A stretch of DNA of 64,000 bases, taken from NCBI RefSeq assembly GCF_009914755.1, contig NC_060929.1, one strand, 5' to 3'. This document shows, in pieces, positions 17,527 through 34,833 of the stretch (positions are counted from its first letter, which is position 1; each line of letters begins with the position of its first letter). The stretch comes from the human T2T-CHM13v2.0 reference genome, Homo sapiens. A model generated the notes under the pieces. It saw only the letters and a program-made list of their open reading frames with translations, ran no database searches and was not told the DNA's origin. Both the position numbers and the translations under genes were made by a program.

Positions 17527-17650
17527 CTTAAGACTGCTTGACATACCAACATGGCTTTGGAATATTGTTGGTAGTGGGTGTCCCAAAAGAATAAGAATAA
17601 AGTTTGCATAACTTACACAATAGTGGTTGTTCCTTTTACTGTAACTTAAC
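17527..17650 (-). repeat. Right arm of a 124-bp inverted repeat
   Basis: Reverse complement of 16333-16456 with 3 mismatches. Confidence 0.95.
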
Positions 17651-19327
17651 ACATATTAGCTTATTTAATTCTCTTAACAGACCTGGAAGGTAGACCTTAT
17701 CCTCATTTTATACAGCAGAAGTAGAGGAAGTATCTTGACTCACGTCCCTCCTATACTTACCCTTCTCACTCTTCATTTAAAACTAATACTCCAAGAAATT
17801 TGATCAACTGTGGCACACTCACAACCAGTTATCTTTTTAAATAGGTGGTGCTCCATTTAAAACACTCTATTAAGGCAATTTTATGAAATGTATTATCTTG
17901 TTCCTCAGGACAACATCTAAAAAAAGTAGTAAAATCAGTTAGCCTTAAAAAAAGGCATAAAAGCCTTCTAAGAAAATGACAATATGAGACATCCTGCACT
18001 GGCACAATATGTGAAAATTACGTCTTTGCAGACATGGGCTTGATATTGTACAGTCTGAGTGTATCATCTATAGATTTTCTTCTGCTTGATTAAATTCATA
18101 TGTATTGCCAAATATCAGATGCTAATCAAAAGTATATAACTGTAAAAAACCTTAACAGAATGATAAAATGAAAAATCCTATATCTCAACAGTGGTAAGAG
18201 TGATACCATCTCTTTGTGAACTCAAATACTTGATATTCTGTTTAAATTAAGTAGGCTATAGTTTTTTTCATTTTTCACCAGTAATTAAACTTAGATGTAT
18301 TATCCAATCTCAAAAACTAGACTTGACTTTTCTGACATGAAGGAAAACTGTTTCTAGAACCTGTCTACTGAAATTTTGAAGACCTTTATAATGTATTTTC
18401 CCCTCAAGTTCTCAAAAAAGAAACATTTATATCTCAAATTATTTAATCTGCACTATTTGATTAGGGTATAATATGGACCTTCTTTCGTTTATGACAGAAC
18501 TAGCTTCTAAGAAAGTACTCACTGATATATCATCTTGTGTCATTTTCTATTTTTCATGCAGTTTTCATATGCATATGCCTTACAGAACCGTAAGCTGCCT
18601 ACTGGAACCCTAAGATCTGTCACATGTCTTATAGTACTCTACAGGGCTTGTGGTTACTATTTAATAAGCACTCAGTGAAGGACCCTTACAAGGTCAGCCA
18701 AGATTAGTAAGGATATCAATAATGTATTTTGAGTTACTGTATAACGTCTAGATGTTTACATCCTATGCCAGAAATATAGTACTTAGATGGTACATAAGCG
18801 ATTAAAGAACATTATTCCAAATTATCCACACTGAACATAAGAAAAATTGGAAAAAGTTGTGCATAAATCCTATTCATATGACATAGCACACACTGAGGCA
18901 TGTCGAACTGACCAAAACATAAAGATCACAGGATTATAGAACTTTTAAAAGTTGGTCACAGAGGACCACTGATTCTGAAGCACATAATACAGCTCAACAA
19001 ATGTAAAAATATTTTTTACAATTGCTTACAGAGAACACCTTCATAACAACAGTGAAGATTTTCTTTTTCACCTATGGAAACATCTATTTGCTTCCCTCTC
19101 ATTAAGGGTCACCGACCTCACAGTCATTATTCAGAATATTGCAAGAGGTCAGAAAAAATTCCTTCTATGATAGGTGCATATGTGGAAAACAGAACACACT
19201 GCAACTGAATTTGGTTCAGAATCTTAAGTACTGTAGCCTGGGTGCAGTGGCTCACGCCTGTAATCCCAGCACTTTGGGAGGCCAAGGCAGGCGAATCACT
19301 TGAAGTCAGGAGTTCAAGACCAGCCTA

Positions 19328-19558
<231 letters not shown>

Positions 19559-19634
19559 CTATAAATTTTTCCCAAGTAATTTTTTAATTTGTGTGAGGTA
19601 TATACTACTAATTCACCTTTCTGGTAGCGAAATA

Positions 19635-23721
<4,087 letters not shown>

Positions 23722-24778
23722 TATAACAATTTTTTTGTTTACATGATGTCTTGTAAAAGATTAGCATAAACTGCTAAATACATATTCTGAAAGTATATCA
23801 TCTAGATTTAAATCTAGACTATCTTCTAGATGTGCTATCTGTGGCACACTCTTGGCATTCTGTGCCCAATTTCCTCATAAGAAAATTGAACATAACAATG
23901 TTGTCACCTTTGTTCTTGGCACATGGCAAATGCTCAATAACTATTAGCTTTTATTATTAGAAATATCTGGATTTAAAGGATATCCTCTGTAATAAATATC
24001 AACTTACCAAATTTAATGTATTCATTCAAAAATATTTGAGCGCCTACTATGTGTCATAATTGTTCTAAGAGTTAGTAATACAGCAGTAAACAAAACAAAG
24101 TTCCTGCCCTCAAGGAACTTGCATATCAGAGGCAGGAGATGAATACATGTAACAGAGGAAGGCAAGCACAGAAAAAAATAGTGACGAGTGTGAGTGCATA
24201 CTATGTAATACAGGAGGTCCACTGAACAGAACAGAGAAAGTGAGGGACAGTGGTGGGAGAAGAGATCACAGGCGGGGCAACAAAGAGCCAGATCTGTACA
24301 GGCAATTAAGCAATGAGATGAGAAGCCACTGGAGAATTCTGAACCCATTTGACTTAGTATTTTTAAAGAATCCCTCTCGCTGCTGAGTGGACAGCAGATG
24401 ACAGGGCTAAACATTTTACATGCTTAGTGAGAAACAGGCCATCCTTCAAAGCCCCATTCAGTACCGAACTTATAAGCCAAATACATCAAACTAAGGATAT
24501 TACTGGCTGGGCGCAGTGGCTCACGCCTATAATCCTAGCACTTTGGGAGGCTTGAGGCGGGCGGATTGCCTGAGCTCAAGAGTTTGAGCCCAGCCTGGGG
24601 AGCATGATGAAACCCTATCTCTACAAAAAATTAGCCGGGCATGGTGGTAAGCACCTGTAGTCCCTCTTACTTGGGGGACTAAGGTGGGAGGATGGATTGA
24701 GCCCAGGAGGTCAAGGCTGCAGTGAGTCAAGATCGTGCATGCCACTGCGCTCCAGCCTGGGTACAAGTGAGACCCTGT

Positions 24779-24810
<32 letters not shown>

Positions 24811-24981
24811 TTTAACCATGGGGGTTTAACTACAAATTAAGACATGTAGTTTCAACCGTATAACCTAAGTCACTTTAAAAAGTGATAAATGAAAAATTAG
24901 TATGAGAAAAATTAATAGAAAAAGGCTCAGTATGCCTATTAGCATTGTTCTTTTTTTTAATATTAAAAAAATTTTTTTTAG

Positions 24982-25134
<153 letters not shown>

Positions 25135-27743
25135 TAATTTTTTTGTAGAGACAAGGTCTGTGTTGCCCAGGCTAGTCTTGGACTACTGGGCTCAAGAGAT
25201 CTTCCCTTCTCGGCCTCCCAAAGTGTTGGGATTACAGTTGTGAGCCACGGCACCTGGCCTTGCACTGTTCTTTAATGATTTACTAAAAATGCATGAAAAC
25301 AAATGGCAAACAAACAAACAAACAAAAAACCCGAAAATTGAATTTTCAATGCATGCCTTTTTTCTACTATAAAAATATAAGCTATTTGAATGAGAATTCT
25401 TGAATGAAACATTTCATTCAATAGTTGTTGAAAAAGCACGCATGTACGTTTACCACATAATGATGAGTGTGTGCAAAATTATAAAAGATTATTTATATTA
25501 AAGTTATCTAGAACTTAAATACTGTCCTAAGAATTGAGAAGCTAAATAAAATTCATGTCAAAACAAATATTCTAGGCCAGGCACAGTGGCTCACACCTGC
25601 AATTCCAGCATTTTGGGAGGCCACGGTGGGTAGATTGCTTGAGCTCAGGAGTTCGAGACCAGCCTGGGAAATGCGGCAAAACTCCATTTCTACCAAAATA
25701 CAAAAATTAGCTGGGTGTTGTGACATGTGTCTGTCGTCCCAGCTACTTGGGAGGATCGCTTAAGCTACTTGGGAGGATCGCTTAAACCTAGGAGGCTGAA
25801 GCAGAGATGGCACCATTACACTCCAGCCTGAGTGACAGAGCAAGACCTCGTCTCAAAAAAAAAAAAAAAAAAGAAATGAAATATTCTAAAATTGGCTAAC
25901 TAGACTCTTCTTAAATGAAGTACAAACCATTCATGTGCACTGTTGCACATTAACAAAATCACTCACATTTAATAATTCGTTAGCTAAATCTATCCACAAG
26001 TAATAAGTAGCTATAAATTGGCTCAAACATAGGAATATATTACGTTCCTTTACCTGTATTTAATTTTCAGGCAAAAGAGCCCTGGTAAGCCAAATAATTT
26101 CTTGCCAATTTGAGGGGTTGAATAACCAGAAAGCCCTTTCTCCAATGTGCTTTCCTTGTATATACTGTTTGTCCATTGTCAAACACCATGAATTTGGTAT
26201 CACATATTTTAGAGGATTCTTTTTCTTGATATTGTTCAGTCTCTTAAGAATAAATTGTCTGCTTCAATTTGCATTTATGAAATAAATCTTTTTATGTTTT
26301 AGTAATGTTTTACATTAGCAGTTACTTTAAAATCTTGAGAATACACAAAACAAGCTGAACAAAATATTAAGAATTGGCAGATGGAATTCGCGATATGTCT
26401 TTCCAAAGACTTTATTCCTCAACATGTCTTTTGAAAGGGTATTTCTGCAATATGCTTTGCAATATTAAAGTAGAAGCCATTTATGATTTAGCAAAAATAA
26501 TACAAGGCATAAACAACAGAGGTATTTAAATTAGCTGTCCTATATGTAGGCTAAACTGAGTCTTAAGAGAGAGTACTCACTGAAAATAATGATTTCATGG
26601 ATGAAGATATAGTTCCTACATACTTACAAATAACCTAGTCTGACAATGATATCTCTATTTTCACAAACACTGTATTCCTTTGATTTTTCTAGTGTTATAC
26701 TGTTTTGTGTGTAACAGTAATAACAGTAATAGATGTTTCAAGAGTTTACTGTATGTCAAGTACTATACTGTTTCACATTTAATCCTCATAATCCTATAAA
26801 ATATCATCTCTATTTTACAGAGAAATAAAGATACCATTCTAACACATAAGATCACCGTTTCTAGTAGCAGACCTAAGATTTCAATCCAGTTCTCACCTCT
26901 GAACCACTAGCTATTCCCAGATTTATTAAACACCATCTGGAGGCACCTAAGTATAGTGGCAAAGTATATTTGGCTAGCAAATTATTATAAAAATACATAG
27001 ATGGACAAACACACATAATTAAGCTAAACAAGGAAAGCTCACATGAAGCGTTAACCTGAAAAACACAGAAGAGTAAACAGTAAAATATGTTGTCACCAAA
27101 GGTAGCTGAGACTAAAAAGTTAACTGTATATAAGAACCTTCAAAAGTACTAAAAATGTACTTTGAATCTGTGAAGTGATCTTCATTAAAACAAACATTGG
27201 AAACAAGTAGGAAAATAATATAAGCATACAAAAGGCCAGAGGCAATGGCTCATGCCTGTAATCCCAGCCCTTTGGGAGTCTAAGGCAGGCGGATCACATG
27301 AAGTCAGGAGTTCGAGACCAGCCTGGCCAAAGTGATGAAACCCCGTCTCTACAAAAATTAGCTGGGCATGGTGGCACATGCCTGTAATCCCAGCTACTTG
27401 GGTGGCTAAGGCAGGAGACTCGCTGGAACCTGGGAGGCAGAGGCCAGTCGCAGTGAGTTGAGATCACACCATGGCACTCCAGCCTGGGAGACAGAGCAAG
27501 ACTCCATCTCAAGAAAGAAAGAAAAAAAAAAAAGTCCAGAAAAAGACTCAACTGTAGAGCCATATTGTGAAACCTTGGATTACTAGCAAATGGCACTCAA
27601 AATAAAAAAGGCTAAGTACTTTCAATGGACATATCAGTAAACAGATGAAAAACTGCTTTGTAGGCCGGGCACGGAGGCTCACGCCTGTAATCCCAGCACT
27701 TTGGGAGTCTGAGGCAGGTGGATCACCTGAGGTCAAGAGTTCA

Positions 27744-28034
<291 letters not shown>

Positions 28035-29013
28035 TTAAAAGCACCCTGACAGTAGTACTAAATAGATTAAACTACAGAAAATTACCCCTAAGAAATGCTA
28101 GCAGAGATAAACCAAACTCATCTTTCTTTGGAATTAAATTCCTAATATCTACTTGTGTCCAGTTACTAGAAAAGGAGGAGAATAATTAATTCATTGTTTC
28201 AGCAATAACAATTACTTATAATCGGTTCAAAGAAAAGTTGACATGGGAAGACTAGAAAGCTGACAACTATCTTACTATCTCTGCTTTCAAATTCCAAGAA
28301 GCAAACTGAACAGAGATTTACTGGTAAGATAAAGAAAATAAAGGGGATGATATCTGAAGACTGAAAGAAAAGAAAAGAAAAATAATCCATTCAAGTTGTA
28401 GCATATTTGTAGTGGCAAGGTTCTTGAAGGCAGGTATTGTATGTTTCGAGTTCAGAAAATAGAGTACTAGACCAGGCGCAATGGCTCCCGCCTGTAATCC
28501 CTGCGCTTCAGGATGCTGAGGCAGGCAGACTGCCTGAGCCCAGGAGTTCAAGACTAGCCTGGGCAACATAGCAAGAACCCTTCTCCACAAAAAAATTTTT
28601 TAAAATTAGCCACGCATGGAGGCGCAGCTGTGGTCCCAGCTGCAGTGTGCATGTTTGCATCACTGTGCTCCAGCCTGGACAACTGAGTGTGACCCTGTCT
28701 CAAAAATAAAAAATAAAAAGAAACCAGACTACTAATCCAATAAATAACAAATGTATTGCCTGTTAAAATAAATGAATATACTATTCTTTATAAAAGCAAA
28801 AGTTTCTCCCTCTGGAGTCAGGAGACTAGAACAGCAGTTTCTACAGCTCTATTACATTATCTAAACATTTAGGAACTAAAACCAAGCAAATATACATCAA
28901 TAAAAATCAACTTATGAGGGAAAATGCAAGCTATGCTTAGGAGAATAACTTAAAATGGACTACCCATAGCTGTTGCCTTAGGACCTTAGCCAGAGCTGTT
29001 TGAATCACTATCA

Positions 29014-29361
<348 letters not shown>

Positions 29362-29715
29362 TTACCACTAATATTACTCCTTGCAAGGAAAGAGAAGGAT
29401 TCGCTGAGCTTGAACAAATAAGTAGCAGTTTTGATCTACCACTACCATGTCACCTTCATTACATTCCTCAAATCTAGAGAGAAAATAGAACTGCAGCAAC
29501 TTTCAATTTTACCATGTATAGGATGACAAAATATAAACATGTCCAATTTTATTACAGCCACAAGTAAAGATAGGTCATAGGATGACAATGATTAAGCTAG
29601 TGCTCCTAGTTGGTGGGAATGGTGCCACTTATCCTTTCCTGCCACATCGCCTTTTATGCAACTTGACGAGTGGGAAGATACTGGCATTCCAAGCTCTGGC
29701 AGGCCTATGGCTTTA

Positions 29716-30119
<404 letters not shown>

Positions 30120-32729
30120 GAAATACATCATTACACTTAAGAGCCGCTACCATACTGAATCTAAGAGTGGCTCCAGGAAACACATTTTTCAGAGTACATT
30201 TCTTTTTCTGAAGTAAAACCTCACTGGGTATCAATATACACTAAAAGTCCTAGTCTTCCTGAGTCATGGTCTTATTTATTGCATAAAATATTTAAGTATA
30301 ACATTTATTGATTACCACTTTTTAAGAAAATTTCCCTTTTCAGCCTAAATTGTCTACAGAGGATAATGGCTCCAAAATTTGTCTGCTATTGTAAAAACTA
30401 GTTCCAACTATTTTTCCTTGATGGAAATGCATTTCTCCAATAGCCATCAAAGGTGGAAAAAGTCTTACTCTAGCCAGGTCCCCTCATTTTACAGATAAGG
30501 AAGGCAAAGTCTGGAGATTCATGTGATTCTGCCTCAAATCATACATACAGCTAATTAAAAACGTAATGCCAGAATATGAACCAGATAGTTAAACCCCTAA
30601 CCTTTCTCTCATAGAAGCCCTCATTCTATTGATCCATCTATCTGAATAGCCCTTAATCACGTCACTGCTTCTTCATTTGCAAGTTCCTTCATCATTTTAT
30701 ACCTCTGATAATCAGACCAACCATTCTATGGATGCACGTCTATTATGGCATTATAAGGTGCACAGTCTAACAGATCCACGGTTCTGTAAGATGCTTACAT
30801 TTGGGGGGAAGAATTTCTTCTCTTCTTGCCAGTGAAAAGATGAAAATTAAAATCCCGAGTACTCATCAGTAAATCAACCTCATGTTCTAATCTTAATATG
30901 TGTCAGACACCCACAAAAGCCTTAAAAAGTCTTTGGTGACAACATTCTTCTATGTTCTTGAATAATTTGGTTCAAGTCTACATCCTAAATTGGGTAGTAA
31001 AAAGATAGATAATATTTTTCAACAATAGCTTTTCCTTTAGATAACTACTTACATGGCAAATTTAACCTAAAGCACGTGAAGATTAGTAACAAGTGTGATA
31101 AGCAAATATGAAAGGTACAACAATAGTAGGAATATTGCCTCGATTTCTGTCTTACGAACAATGTACAGCCTCTTCAAATTTTTGAGTACCACAAATTTGG
31201 TCCTCTAAGAGAACAAGGTGTTTCTTAATGGTTTTATTCTTCTGACCTCTGACTGAGAAATAAGGAGGCAGTGCCAGGCACGGTGATGCATGCCTGTAGT
31301 CCTGGCCACTTGGGAGGCTGAGGTGGGAGGATCACTTGAGCCCAGGAGTTGGAGGGTGCAGTGAGTTATGAACACACAAAAGAATGAGACCCCATCAAAA
31401 AAAAAAAAAAAAAGGTAGCTTTTAGTCTTCTTTTGGCCTTTAAAAAACTATTTAAGTTGATATCCTAATCTTTACACAATATACTAAAAAAATGCCAATG
31501 AACCTAGATCTGGAAAAGATCTAGTTTATTTCATCTTCGGTAAGCAAAAGCAAAGAATATATAAATAGCTAAATAGTCCGAAATAAATAGCTGAAGCCTT
31601 AATAGCCAAATGAGTTGTTATAAAGGAAAATTATTAAAGCAAATCACTTTTCAAACTTGAAGCTTCTTTCTTAAAGAGGTTTATTTCACTCTAAATGCAA
31701 AACATTTGCTAGTTTCAAAAGTACACTAATATAAACATATTCTGTTAAGGGCTTTATATGCAATACAATCCCTTAACCCTTAAGCCTCACAACAACATTC
31801 TAAGGTAGGTATCGTTGCATTTTCATTTTGTACCAGAGAAAACTAGGGCACTGTGAGGATAAGTAACTTCCCCAAGGTTATAAAGCTTGAACCCAGCTTT
31901 GCAGGTTCTGAAACCTGTGCTCCTTAGGCACTCTATTGCCTTCTTGGTAGCACAGAAAATATAAAAATATGGTCAAGCTCTAAGTTCTATCTGATGTATC
32001 AGACAAGGCACTGGAAATTACTTTGTTTCCTGGTGTCAAGAAAACAGTTTGCTATCTATACTTCCTGATTTTAGGTTAGGTGGGTGGCACAAATCAACTG
32101 TTTTTCTCACCACACTTATTGCATAATCATTAAAGCCCCAAAGGAAGAGGACTGCTTAAATTCTTAAACTTTATTTCCTGCTGGCCTAGAAGACCTTACT
32201 TAACCACTGTTATACCTGATATACTCATTTTAAAAGTTAAGGTTTTCCTTGTGCAAGTAAGAGACTAAAGTTATTTCAGTCTTAAAGGAAATCAACTACG
32301 TACTGGTCGTTTTACCTGCTTTTAAAAGCAGATCAACAGGATATAAACCTGGGTTGTTTTTTTCCTTAAGAGGACATTTCTTAATGACCTCTTAATTTAA
32401 TCGAATGGAACAAGTAGCACACCAAAAATGATGTGTAGTGGAAAAAGAAACAGAAGAAAAAATCGCAAGAAGTCATATAGTGATCTACTTTCACTAGTGT
32501 TAGAAAAGCAAAGGATGAGTGTCTTCTTGAGTAACTTCAGGCTGACCACAATAGCCACTTGTTACACTACTACCACCCACTCCAACACTTCAGGTTCATT
32601 AGGAATTAAGAGGAGGCAAGGAAGATAAAAGACACACCCCAACCAGGTCTAAGGTCTCTCCGTACTACACCTTGAGGGACACAGGGAACCAGTGCATTGT
32701 GCCCCCCACCCCTAAACCTTCCCTGCTCC

Positions 32730-33420
32730 CCAGGAGGCAAAGCCCACGGCCTGGGGCCAAGACAGTCCTCCGGCCAGGGCAGTGACCCAGCGCCAAACAA
32801 CCCGCCCCTTATGACCAAAGCGTCGGCACCCAGGGGTTGGAATAGGGGAAGGGACGGGAAGGCCTGGAAAGGAGAGAAGGGTGGCCAAGAAGATGTTTTT
32901 TTTTAAAACGAGGGAGGGTCCCTCCCCAGCCTCGCCAGCGGGGATGAGGCCCGGGGCCGGGAAGGAGCGGGCCGCCGCCATGATGGGGCTGGCAGAGCCA
33001 GGGGGCGTGACGTGGGCAACCCCTAGCCCAAGGCCAGCTCCTTCTCCCCCTCCCCCCTCCCCCACGTGGGCCTCGGCCACAACTGCCCCCCGATACTCAC
33101 GCTTTGTCCACCAGCTCGCGCACCTTCCACATGTTCAACATCGTGCCCCGCGCGGGACGGTCCGCCGCCTCCCTCTCCTGCTCCCCACGGACCCCGGAAC
33201 ACTTCCGTACCGGGGCAGTTCCAGGCCGGGGTCACCGCCGCCCGCCGCCTCGAACTCCCCCAGTCAGCTCCTTCCTTTGCCACAGCAGCGGCGCCGCCGG
33301 TGACACGTCGAGACGCGGCAGCACAGGCGCTGCGTGGAGCGGAAGTGTCCGACTTTCCGCCGCTGCGCGCGGGGCACGCCGGGACTTGTAGTTTTCCCTG
33401 AGTGCCGAGCTCGGCCGGTT
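32730..33420 (-). promoter_or_regulatory. CpG-island promoter/5'UTR of CLINT1, no TATA box evident
   Basis: Dense CpG/GC content. ETS/GABP motifs GCGGAAGTG (33339-33347) and CACTTCCG (33200-33207). ZNF143/THAP11-type ACTACAAGTCCC on the minus strand (33381-33392). YY1-like GCCGCCATG (32974-32982), E-box CACGTG (33063-33068), CRE-like GTGACGTG (~33007). No upstream ATG seen in 33142-33345. Confidence 0.9.
33101..33141 (-). CDS. CLINT1: CLINT1 (clathrin interactor 1 / epsinR / enthoprotin) exon 1 coding part, start of ENTH-domain protein
   Basis: Minus strand reads GGCACG-ATG TTG AAC ATG TGG AAG GTG CGC GAG CTG GTG GAC AAA GC|gtgagt = MLNMWKVRELVDK(A), the recognised CLINT1 N-terminus. Kozak has A at -3. 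Canonical GTGAGT donor at 33100-33095 (phase 2). Lies in a CpG island. Confidence 0.96.
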
Positions 33421-33470
33421 GAGTTGGGAGAGCTGAGAGGTTGAGTTGGGAGAGCTGAGAGGAGTTGGGA
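33417..33470. repeat. 22-bp tandem duplication (x2 plus partial) at the upstream edge of the promoter
   Basis: GGTTGAGTTGGGAGAGCTGAGA at 33417-33438 and 33439-33460. Confidence 0.95.
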
Positions 33471-33605
33471 TGGTTTCTCTTAAGCTTTCCCAGTCCCCGG
33501 CCCCAGACCTACCGAGCCAGAAATTTTGGAGGTGGGGCCCAGCGATCTGTGCTTTTACAAATCCTCTAGGTGATTCTGATCACGCTCAAGTTTCAGAACC
33601 ACTGG
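33470..33605. mobile_element. MER5A-like hAT-Charlie MITE
   Basis: CCCCAGACCTAC..GGTGGGGCCCAGCGATCTGTG..TAGGTGATTCTGAT..AAGTTTCAGAACCACTG. Confidence 0.75.
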
Positions 33606-34278
33606 TGCAGGGTCTAGTCACACTCAAACACTTTTCAAATGTAAGGCAGTATTACTATGTTATTAGTAATGATTATACAGAAGTATGATTGGCATACGCA
33701 TTCCTCATCGACAGACACATCGCTGTATTTATTTCCCAATGCCCAAGTACACTTAGATCTCTAGGCCTTAGTTTCCACCCCTGTAAAATTGAAGAACTTG
33801 TATTCTAAATCCTTTTCCGCTCTAATTCTATGATACAATGTTTTATATTTAGACAACTACCTGAAATCCTTGTTAAATGCTTTACTATAAACCTCAGAAA
33901 CTCAGTTCACACTCCACGGGAAACTAAAAAGCCAACATTATATATACACGCACACATACACATACATATGACAGGTTTGTGTTTTTTAAGGATAAATATG
34001 CACATTGCTTCCATTGCTTTGTTGCAATGGTTGTCATCACTTCCTTCTCTACTTACTCATTTTTATCAATGCTCATGTTAAAGCTACAAGCAACCTTAAG
34101 TTTCATTTGATCCATCTGCTGAAATTTTACAGTTCTTTTCATTCTACAAATATTTATTGAGCATCTTGTATGTTCCAGAAGTGGGGAATATAGTTAAAGA
34201 CCCAGCTCTCTTGGAATTCAAACGTAATTGGAAGAAACATATAATAATCAAGGAAACATTTAAGATAATTGCATATAG

Positions 34279-34668
34279 TGTAATTGCTTAGCGGGTTCTT
34301 TCTGCCCACTTTACAGATAAAGTCAATTCACTGCAACCAAGTCATTGCAGTGAAGAGTTTGACATGAGGCTGGCCACGCCACTTGAGAGACAGAGTTATT
34401 ACTCAAATCAATCTTCCTGAACATTTGGAAGCTAGAGTTTTTCAAAGATAGTTTGGTGAGCAGAGGGTTAGGGCATGGGTGCTGCTGATTGGTTAGGGAT
34501 GCAATCAGAGGAGTATGGAAAATGGTTCTCCTTTGCTGAATCGGCTTCTTGATGGAGGGCCAGCAGAGGAGTGGCTGGTCTGGGTGGGGTCATCCGTTTG
34601 TCAGAAATGCAAAAGCCTGAAAAGACGTCTTAAAAGGCCAATCTTAGGTTCTACAATAGTTCATTACA
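34279..34668 (-). mobile_element. ERV1 solo LTR (LOR1/MER4-group-like)
   Basis: TG...CA termini. Text GGGTTCTTTCTGCCC..GAGTTATTACTCAAATCA..GCAAAAGCCTGAAAAGAC resembles the LOR1 consensus as I recall it. Confidence 0.6.
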
Positions 34669-34800
34669 GGCCAGGCACAGTGGCTCACGCCTGTTATCCC
34701 AGCATTTTGGGAGGCTGGGAGGCCAAGGCAGGAGGATCACTTGAGCCCAGGAGTTTGAGACCAGCCTGGGCAGCAAAGTGAGATCCCCCTGCCAGCCCAG

Positions 34801-34833
<33 letters not shown>

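Noticed and set aside
16333-17650. Inverted repeat interpreted as piggyBac or other DNA-transposon TIRs because of TTAA ends
   Set aside because: No CCC/YY terminal motif after TTAA, no transposase remnant, arm identity too high for ancient human DNA transposons, and the right arm appears to interrupt a MIR.
19040-19052. TTCATAACAACA resembles the reverse complement of sequence encoding NVVMN expected in CLINT1 exon 2
   Set aside because: The match is only ~12 nt, the flanks do not encode the ENTH sequence and there are no splice signals.
32712-33401. Several 86-140 aa GC-rich ORFs on both strands over the CpG island
   Set aside because: Expected stop-codon depletion in GC-rich DNA. The in-frame region upstream of the CLINT1 ATG is closed by TGA at 33234-33232.
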